DNA of 64,000 nt from Schmidtea polychroa (lineage: Eukaryota): positions 50,966,001-51,030,000 of the forward strand of contig CM097885.1 of the NCBI GenBank assembly GCA_044892525.1, read 5' to 3'. The position numbers were made by a program, and so were the translations under genes. Shown in pieces: positions 56,834-64,000 of the stretch; the stretch's first letter is position 1, and each line of letters begins with the position of its first letter. Under the pieces are notes generated by a model, which saw nothing but the letters and a program-made list of their open reading frames with translations, ran no database searches and had not been told where the DNA came from.

Positions 56834-57675
56834 TGGTAAATTATGAGCTCAATGCGCGTCTTTGTTCGCGTTGTATTGTGTGATTGGTTTGTGTGCGCAC
56901 ACAGACGCGAGCAATGTCATTTTTGGGTCAAATTATTAGTTTATCTCGCGTCTGTGTGCGCTTTTCTTTTCTTTGTTTTTGGCTTGTGTGCGCACACAGA
57001 CGCGAGCAATAGGTATGGCAAGTTTTTACTAATTAGTTTTTGTGATGTTGTAATTTTTAGATTTTATCGATTTTTGAATGTGAATGGATTTAGAGAGTTG
57101 TTAATGCTATCGATTTCGGTTTCTTGGAGTTTATGATTTTTCGGATAAAAGATGGCTGCTGTTAATGAAGAGATTTATGATTCAAACAATATGATCCAGG
57201 ATAAATGTTCTTTGGAATCGGATAACGGCAATGGTGTTTTTGGCCAACTAATCTCAAATTTATTTGGTGGATTGCTTTCCGTTGGTATTCGAGGCAATAA
57301 TTGTGATGTAGTAGCTACACAAAGAAAAGTTCCAGATAAAATGATTGAGAAGAGTTCAGCTACAAGATTGCTCAATATTACTGAAAGTACTGGAGGTGTT
57401 ATGACTGGTATGATGCCTGATTATCGATCTCAAGTATGTCGTGCATAAATGGAAGCACCTCGATTTAGATATAAACATGGATATGAAATGCCTTGTGACA
57501 TAATATGTCGTATTGCGGATATTAAGCAACTTTCTACCCAATCAACTGAGATGCGACCATTAGGTTGTTCAATGATGGCATTATCTTATGGTTATGAAAT
57601 GGACAAACTGTTATTATTCAAAACTGGCTGTGTGGATGAAAATAAAATTATTATTCGTTATCTTGAATTTAAACA
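56834..57675 (+). repeat. 5' LTR (842 bp, TG…CA)
   Basis: Starts TGGTAAATT, AATAAA at 57641, ends AAACA immediately before the PBS; first 256 bp repeated at 60620-60875 with 3 mismatches. Confidence 0.85.
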
Positions 57676-57693
57676 TGGTAGCAGAGCGTGGTT
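57676..57693 (+). promoter_or_regulatory. Primer binding site complementary to the initiator tRNA-Met 3' end
   Basis: TGGTAGCAGAGCGTGGTT directly after the LTR-terminal CA. Confidence 0.88.
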
Positions 57694-57934
57694 CCGGCTA
57701 GCCAGCCGGAACAAGGTAATTAATGATTATAAAATGTCTTTTTTGTGTTTATGTATATTATGTGTATATTATGGGTATTATGTGTTTACTAATATTTCTG
57801 TAAAATTAACCATTCTCCCTTCCCTACCGAGCGTGGGAGGGTGCTGCTATGGGCCCCAGCACTCTTTTAAAGGGGGAAGCCAGGGGAACAGGATAAAGAA
57901 CAGAGCTAAGTCAAGGGTGAGGGCGAGCGGGGTA

Positions 57935-58513
57935 ATGGGTTTTGAATTGCGATGGGAAAGTATAAATCAAATATTTGTCAAAACTCTTACTGGTAAGACA
58001 TTTACTCTTGACGTTGAATTGAATGACACGATTGAAAAGGTAAAAGGAAAAATTCAGGACAAAGAAGGAATTCCGGTAAATTATCAAAGGTTAGTCTACA
58101 CAGGGAAGCAATTAGAAAATAAAAGAATATTGAATGATTATAGCATACAAGTAGGTTCGACACTTCATTTGTCACTCAGGCTGTGCGGTGGCAATGACGA
58201 AGAGATTTTAGAAGAAGAATTGTGGAAAAAGAGAATGAAAAAAGGAAAATTAACGAGATTGAGAAACAAGATTCTGAATGATATAAAGGGTAAGGTTGTT
58301 AGCAAATGGTTGGAGGAATATGAAGATCAAAAGGAGAGTCTAGATGAAGAATTAAGAGATCTAAGAACGATCAGTGAAAAATTGCAAAGATTGGACATCA
58401 CTGCAATCTTAGATAAAGACCTGCAGGAGATCGAGGAAAAACATAAAAATAATTGGGGCATTGATGGAAAAAAAAAGCAAATCAATCTTTTATGGAAAAG
58501 AAGGAAAAGGTGA
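57935..58513 (+). CDS. Ubiquitin domain (57965-58192) fused to the Gag N-terminal helical region; start at ATG 57935 or 57734
   Basis: [11 protein letters not shown]…[12 protein letters not shown], 54/76 identical to canonical ubiquitin by manual alignment; the frame continues into EEILEEELW…. Confidence 0.9.
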   Translation: MGFELRWESINQIFVKTLTGKTFTLDVELNDTIEKVKGKIQDKEGIPVNYQRLVYTGKQLENKRILNDYSIQVGSTLHLSLRLCGGNDEEILEEELWKKRMKKGKLTRLRNKILNDIKGKVVSKWLEEYEDQKESLDEELRDLRTISEKLQRLDITAILDKDLQEIEEKHKNNWGIDGKKKQINLLWKRRKR

Positions 58514-58541
58514 ATGATGATACCATCAAAAGAATAATGCA

Positions 58542-60218
58542 GTGCATAAAAGAAAACTGGAAAGTCTACAGAAAATTACAATACCTGTCTTTGAAGGCAA
58601 GATGAAAGAGTACAAACCATGGAAAGCAGCTTTTACGGCGTGTGTTGACGAATCGGAAGGTGATGAAGTTGAAAAGATGTTTCACCTGCACAAGTACCTT
58701 CACGGAGAGCCATTAAAGTTAATTGAAAATCTCGGATATTCGGCAGAGGCTTATCAAATGGCAAAAGAGAAGTTGGTTAGGCGATATGGTGGAGATGAAA
58801 GGATATATTTATCAATGTTAGAGGAGATGGACCAGTTCAGGCCAATTCGAGAAGGAGATTTGAAGGATCTAGACTTATTTGTTGGATTATTAGAAACAGT
58901 CACCGTGCGATTTAAATCCATTGGGAAAGAATCCGAGTTAAAGACTGGATATCTTTTTCAAAAGTGTTTGGGCAAGTTAACAACGGATCTTGTGTATAAA
59001 TGGAAGAAAGAGAAAATAGAAAAGGAATTGCGGGAGACGATAGAGGATTTGAGAAGATGGATACAACAAGAAGCGGAGATCCTAAGGTCCACTAACGAGG
59101 TCGTGTATGGGACTCAACCAAGCACCAGGGCTTATGATGGGCCAAGAGTAGAAGGTGTGTCTAGAGAAAGAGAAAGCTTCAATCCAGGAGGTTGGACGCA
59201 TTTTACGGGGCAACCAGCTGGCAGAGTTAAAAGTGGAACGGTTATACAGGTGAATAACTCTAACGGCTATAGATCAGAGTGTGTACAATGTGGTGGTCAA
59301 CATTACCTAGACCAATGTGACAAGTTTAAGCAACTCACAATTTCAGAAAGGAAGAGAGTCATCGAAGAAAGGAAACTGTGCAGGAATTGCTTCAAAAGAA
59401 ATCACATGGCCAAGGAATGTCATAAAGAATCTTTCTGCAAGGTTACCGGATGTAAGCAAAGACACAACGAATTATTAAATGAAAACGCATCAATAAGGAC
59501 GGTTCGGAGTTATTTTGCGGTAACTGAAATATTCAATGACGAGTTACGGGCATCTAGAGGAATTAAGGACACGCCACTCGACAGGAGTAAGGCATCTAAT
59601 GAAGAGCAAGGAGCTCAGAGTCATTTAGATGGGCAAATATTCAATTCTGGAAGAACTAACGAATTAGTTAACGTTATGACAATCACTCAAAATGTTCAAG
59701 GAAAAATGAATACAGGGGAAAAGCAAGATGAGGCTTGCCGGGCTGGTGAGATCATAAAATTATCCGACAATAAAAGCGTGGCACCGAAGACAACGGAAGT
59801 GATGAGTAATTGGGAAAAAGACAAACCAGAATCAGAGGATTTAACGCCCGAGGCGGCTGTTAATGAGATGCAGGTCGACGAAGGGGAAGTTAATCGACTA
59901 AAAGAAGAACGTGATAATGTAAAAGGGGCAGAAGACTCCAGAGGGGAGAGGCAAAACAAGGAGACCAGTATGGTATATGGGAAATCATGGGAAACTGTAC
60001 GTGATAATGATCAAGGGGCCAAAGAAGTTTTGGAAAAATTGAACGAATCATCGAACAGTTTCAAACAACAAGGATCACTGGAACTCGCTTGCACGCATCT
60101 AAAGATGCACATGAACGACAAGGTGTCGATTGTGGAATCGAAACACGAAGCAATCAAAGAACGACTTGGTAGGATGCTTATAAGAACATTAAGTGAAAAC
60201 TGGAGAGATTACACCTAA
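58542..60218 (+). CDS. gag: BEL/Pao Gag (DUF1759-type domain plus three Cys/His knuckles), continuation of the Ub fusion across two frameshifts
   Basis: ITIPVFEG…W…F; KMFHLHKYLHGEP; CVQCGGQHYLDQC, CRNCFKRNHMAKEC, CKVTGCKQRHNELL. Confidence 0.88.
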   Translation: MHKRKLESLQKITIPVFEGKMKEYKPWKAAFTACVDESEGDEVEKMFHLHKYLHGEPLKLIENLGYSAEAYQMAKEKLVRRYGGDERIYLSMLEEMDQFRPIREGDLKDLDLFVGLLETVTVRFKSIGKESELKTGYLFQKCLGKLTTDLVYKWKKEKIEKELRETIEDLRRWIQQEAEILRSTNEVVYGTQPSTRAYDGPRVEGVSRERESFNPGGWTHFTGQPAGRVKSGTVIQVNNSNGYRSECVQCGGQHYLDQCDKFKQLTISERKRVIEERKLCRNCFKRNHMAKECHKESFCKVTGCKQRHNELLNENASIRTVRSYFAVTEIFNDELRASRGIKDTPLDRSKASNEEQGAQSHLDGQIFNSGRTNELVNVMTITQNVQGKMNTGEKQDEACRAGEIIKLSDNKSVAPKTTEVMSNWEKDKPESEDLTPEAAVNEMQVDEGEVNRLKEERDNVKGAEDSRGERQNKETSMVYGKSWETVRDNDQGAKEVLEKLNESSNSFKQQGSLELACTHLKMHMNDKVSIVESKHEAIKERLGRMLIRTLSENWRDYT

Positions 60219-60362
60219 ACAAACTGAACAGGGACAGCTGCTTGGCCGAGTATAGCGATGGTGGATGGAGAATCCACAATGATCTTTCAAAAAAGGTGCG
60301 TGGTGCAGCGGCTTATATAATACAAAGATGGGTTTGTGAGGGTTATTGGAGATTGAGCCATA

Positions 60363-60520
60363 ATGCAGGAAATGAAGGGGGAAAGGGATAAAATGGCGAG
60401 GGAAATGCAGAAAATGAAGGGGAGAAGGGACAAAATGACGAGGGAAATGCAGGAAATGAAGGGGGAAAGGGAAAAAATGGCGAGGGAAGTGCAAGAAATG
60501 AAGGGGAAAAGGGATAAACT
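60363..60520 (+). repeat. 42-bp tandem repeat (~3.8 copies) encoding MQEMKGERDKMARE heptads
   Basis: atgcaggaaatgaagggggaaagggataaaatggcgagggaa repeated with variants. Confidence 0.9.
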
Positions 60521-60606
60521 GACACTGGAATGTATCTTCAAATTATGTTGGAGTATAAAAGAAGAAGGAAAAGCTAATGGGAATTTGAGATTGACACTAA
60601 GATGTC

Positions 60607-60619
60607 AAGAGGGGGAGGA
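60607..60619 (+). promoter_or_regulatory. Polypurine tract
   Basis: AAGAGGGGGAGGA immediately before the TG of the 3' LTR. Confidence 0.88.
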
Positions 60620-60875
60620 TGGTAAATTATGAGCTCAATGCGCGTCTGTGTGCGCGTTGTATTGTGTGATGGGTTTGTGTGCGCACACAGACGCGAGCAA
60701 TGTCATTTTTGGGTCAAATTATTAGTTTATCTCGCGTCTGTGTGCGCTTTTCTTTTCTTTGTTTTTGGCTTGTGTGCGCACACAGACGCGAGCAATAGGT
60801 ATGGCAAGTTTTTACTAATTAGTTTTTGTGATGTTGTAATTTTTAGATTTTATCGATTTTTGAATGTGAATGGAT
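60620..60875 (+). repeat. 3' LTR, truncated after 256 bp
   Basis: Matches 56834-57089 except for 3 substitutions; identity ends abruptly at tgaatggat. Confidence 0.9.
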
Positions 60876-61096
60876 CATTTTTTTTATTTATCAACCTCTT
60901 TCGTTTATCGAATCTCTTCCAATATACAAGCTGGCCAGACTCATACATCAGAATCAATCCGATAATAGCAGCACACCTTATTATTCGCTTCTCGCTCTAA
61001 TACGATTTCATCGGCGTTTTAAGTGTGCTGCTCGAAAGTACAAATGAACTCGAAAGCGAATTCGAAAGAGGTCCGAAAACAACTGAGAAATAAATG

Positions 61097-61170
61097 TGCA
61101 CATTACCGGGATCGATCCGGGGGTGTTCGAAAGACAGGTGGCGATAATTACCGGTTCGCCACCATCACCC
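61097..61170 (-). ncRNA. tRNA-like Pol III unit 1 (Asp-like)
   Basis: Minus strand TGGCGAACCGG (A box), CCTGTC, CCGG-ATCGATC-CCGG T-arm; incomplete cloverleaf. Confidence 0.5.
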
Positions 61171-61343
61171 GTTTCAATATTTTTTTTTTCATATTTATGT
61201 TTAAAAAATAAAATAAAATAAAATAAATAAAATAAATAAAATAAAATAAAATAAAATAAAAATAAATAAAATAAAATATAAATATAAGATACCCACACTA
61301 TTATTTTCAAATTTTTAATATTATTTTATGTTGAAAAAAAACT

Positions 61344-61416
61344 AACCACAGTTAGGATTTGAACCGCTATCCCTTTGAACCACGGTGCCGGTCTAGCCCA
61401 CTGCGCTATCTAGGTT
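61344..61416 (-). ncRNA. tRNA-like Pol III unit 2
   Basis: TAGCGCAGTGG (A box), GGTTCAAATCC (B box), AACC/GGTT end pairing, followed by a T8 tract. Confidence 0.6.
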
Positions 61417-61662
61417 TGGATTTTTGTTATTTTTTAGACTATAAATAATCGATTCAAGTTCTTTAACTCTTTCCTGTAATTGTTTCATTTTCTTCAATCT
61501 TATATCAGCAACATCTACAGCCTTCATATAAAAATGTCGATACTTTTCATTATCTACCATCAACTCTTTGATGTATTCTAATGGTTCTTCTTCTCTTCTT
61601 TTCATTCTCTTATGTTTAACTTCATTCAATTCATTTCTCATTCTTTCTTTTAACTCATCCAT
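61393..61662 (-). CDS. Small charged coiled-coil ORF (89 aa), unknown function
   Basis: ATG start, E/K/R-rich heptads; lies between tRNA-like units 2 and 3. Confidence 0.45.
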   Translation of the reverse strand: MDELKERMRNELNEVKHKRMKRREEEPLEYIKELMVDNEKYRHFYMKAVDVADIRLKKMKQLQERVKELESIIYSLKNNKNPNLDSAVG

Positions 61663-61833
61663 TTTTCTAAATATTTTTTTTATTGGATATATTAATTTTT
61701 GGTAGCTTAAGTTAAAACGTTTTTGATCTTAAATTTCCAAGAGTTGCCGTTGACCAATCTCCTTAAAAATTTGTACAAGTACTAAATCGAGTATGCTGAT
61801 CAATATTTCGTTAAAAAAAATTTGAAAAAAAAT

Positions 61834-61905
61834 GACCGAAATGGGATTTGAACCCATTGGTATTGGCAATGCAGTCGAGTGCTATTACCACTAAGCTATT
61901 AGAGC
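61834..61905 (-). ncRNA. tRNA-like Pol III unit 3 (Cys-like)
   Basis: TAGCTTAGTGG (A box), GACTGCA, perfect ATGGG-TTCAAAT-CCCAT T-arm, followed by a T8 tract. Confidence 0.62.
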
Positions 61906-62074
61906 TATACTCAATATAAAATAAGTTGTTAATGTGTGACTATTTTTTGATGAAATTAATAATTAATTATTCATTTTCTCGACAACTACCACTCAGATCC
62001 ATCTGAAAATTTAAATAAATACTAAAATCAGTACGCTGAATCAGATTCCGTTGAAAACAATATCGATAAAAATT

Positions 62075-62149
62075 GACCAAAATCGAAAATTGAACCCGGT
62101 ACTCCCGGTGATAAAATTGGAGCCTATTCCCACTCCGCTATAATGGCTT
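62075..62149 (-). ncRNA. tRNA-like Pol III unit 4 (degenerate)
   Basis: TAGCGGAGTGG (A box), GGGTTCAATT (B box), T5 tract; flank paralogous to that of unit 3. Confidence 0.5.
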
Positions 62150-62203
62150 ACATAATATATTTAATTAATCCTATTTTGTGTGTGTAAATTTTAATATATA
62201 AAA

Positions 62204-63490
62204 ATGAATAATATAAAAATTCAAGAAAAAAATAAATTAAATCTTGATTATAATAAAGAATTTACTCATGAAATCAAGAAAAACGATGTACTTAAAATCT
62301 CCCCAACTTCAGGATCTATTGCAAACTTAAATCGTAGGGGTGATATAGTTTTTCAATCTCTTCAAACATCAAACCCTATAGATATTTGTAATGCCAAATT
62401 ATATTATAAAATCGAATTAGAAATTGAAGCAAACAAAGATATAACCCTAGAAAATAATTTCTTTCCAAATTTATTCTCCAACATGAGATTAAAACTATGA
62501 TCATCAGAAATTGAAACTGTTTTACATCCAGGAGTATATTCTACAATGTTAAATTTTATTTTAACTGGTTGTGATTATAAAAACGAATATGGTGAATTAA
62601 CAGGCTGGATTTCTGATGTTAATAAAGGAGATTTAGATAAAGATGGTTTAGATATAAATTATGGTTACTATAAAAGAGCTGAACTTTATAAATCTAAAAA
62701 AATTGAAGGTTATTTTGAATTAAAACACTTGTTTGGATTCCTTCAAAACTATAATCGTATACTTCATAATGTTTTTATAGAATTAGTTTGTAATAGAGTA
62801 GAAGGTGATAAAAGATTGTTCTATGGAGATAAGGATACAACAGCTAAATTAAAAATATCAACACTTGAATTGCATATACCTGAATGGACATTAAATCCAC
62901 ATTCTGAAATCAAACTCCTTGAAAGATTAAATTCCAACAAGTCTATAAATGTAAATTATTTAAATAGAATCTGTAGTGAATTTAGTATGACAGAGGGTTC
63001 AACATATTCTATAAAGGTAGCAAATTTAGCATACCGACCAAGATATATCTTGATTGGATTCAAAGAAGTAGATTCATCTTTCCAAAAAAATAACAACTTG
63101 TTTATTCAAAAGATTGGAGTTGATAAGTTAAAAACAATCCAAATTCAATTAAATAGTTCTTATTATCCAATAAATAGAATGGAATTTTATATTGAAAATA
63201 ATGAAAACATATTCCCATATCTAAATTATATTGAAACATGTTATGATTTCAAAGTTGAACCGCAATTAAGTTTAGAAGATTTCAAAAATTTATATTCTAT
63301 ATTTTGTATAAATGTTTCAGACCAAGATGATCGCCTAGCCATAAATAATGTTGATGTTACACTTCATATAACAAAGGATTCTAATTTTAAAGCTAAAGTA
63401 TATACATTAATATTAGAAGAAAAGAAAATAGAAATGAAATTATATGGTGGAAAGATTTCAATAATCGAAAATGTTAGGGGAGATTCTTGA
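62204..63490 (+). pseudogene. Polinton/Maverick (adintovirus-like) double jelly-roll major capsid protein with one in-frame TGA at 62498-62500
   Basis: ORFs 62204-62500 and 62546-63490 are in the same frame; motifs NNFFPNLFS, LKHLFGF, RPRYILIGF, LNSSYYP, FCINVSDQ recalled as characteristic of Polinton MCPs. Confidence 0.82.
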
Positions 63491-63542
63491 TATAATCCCT
63501 GATATTTTAACATTTTAAAATGTCTCTCTATTGGAGATGTGA

Positions 63543-64000
63543 AATCCATCAACCCAAGAAAAGATTCAAAGAGCTCTAGTTAAATTAGCAATGAAAGGTA
63601 AGATTTTCATAGGTGCTAGTTTACCAAGGATGGCAAAAGATGTTGCTAATAAAAAGATTATTGAACAAGCAGATGCTGAAAGATCCCTCGAGAATATATC
63701 CAAGACTAGTTTATTAACCCCAACAGAATCACAAATAAAATATGCCAACGAATTACACCATGAATTTAGAAAAAATAAAAAATATTTAAAAGTTCAAGTA
63801 CATGAAAAAGATCAAACATGGTCTGCAGATTTAGTCTTTATGCCAACCAAATCATCAGACCCTGAAAAAAATAAATTAATTTTAACTGTAATAGATTTAT
63901 ATACAAGATTTGCCTTTGCAAGGTGTTTAGAAAATAAAACAGGATATTCCATTACAGAAGCATTTGAAAATATATTTGAAGAACATCAAAGAATTCCAAA
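63543..64000 (+). CDS. Polinton-type retroviral-like (rve) integrase, runs off the window
   Basis: Open frame: …ANELHHEFRK…DQTWSADLVFM…ILTVIDLYTRFAFARCLENKTG…EAFENIF; in-frame ATG at 63591. Confidence 0.88.

Larger units (their letters stand above)
56834..60875 (+). mobile_element. Non-autonomous BEL/Pao LTR retrotransposon encoding a ubiquitin-Gag fusion
   Basis: LTR-PBS-Ub-gag-PPT-LTR(truncated); BEL-type Gag; no PR, RT or IN recognisable. Confidence 0.9.

Noticed and set aside
56843..57448. ORFs 56843-57136, 57152-57448 and 60629-61000 as genes
   Set aside because: They are within LTR sequence and show no recognisable domain
57449..57733. N-terminal ~95 aa of the 354-aa ORF as part of the Ub-Gag protein
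   Set aside because: It lies in the LTR and across the PBS; the real start is more likely ATG 57734 or 57935
60189..60541. Minus-strand repetitive ORFs
   Set aside because: Antisense shadows of the 42-bp repeat
61097..62149. Functional tRNA genes
   Set aside because: Anticodon and acceptor stems do not pair properly; only A/B boxes and T-arms are retained

Overview
Very AT-rich eukaryotic (animal) DNA dominated by transposon debris and (AAT)n/(TA)n microsatellites; the composition is suggestive of a flatworm/planarian-type genome, which is inference only. One convincing host gene is present: an LRR-Ig-TM receptor with an uninterrupted CDS (35754-37667, +). Mobile elements include a 5'-truncated Ty3/Gypsy gag-pol interrupted by a one-ended Buster/Charlie hAT fragment, a second decayed Gypsy on the minus strand, a nearly intact pogo/Tigger transposon, two hATm copies, Merlin, piggyBac and MULE-type MITEs, Penelope fragments, and two type I hammerhead ribozyme motifs. 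The last 7 kb is the most interesting. A young, non-autonomous BEL/Pao LTR element (LTR 56834-57675, initiator-tRNA-Met PBS, PPT) encodes a complete ubiquitin domain fused to the N-terminus of Gag and has no recognisable pol. Its 3' LTR is cut off by a Polinton/Maverick (adintovirus-like) segment with a major capsid gene (one internal stop) and an rve integrase. That segment is preceded by a cluster of four co-oriented tRNA-like Pol III units, reminiscent of adenoviral VA RNAs. All calls were made by eye, with no database searches.
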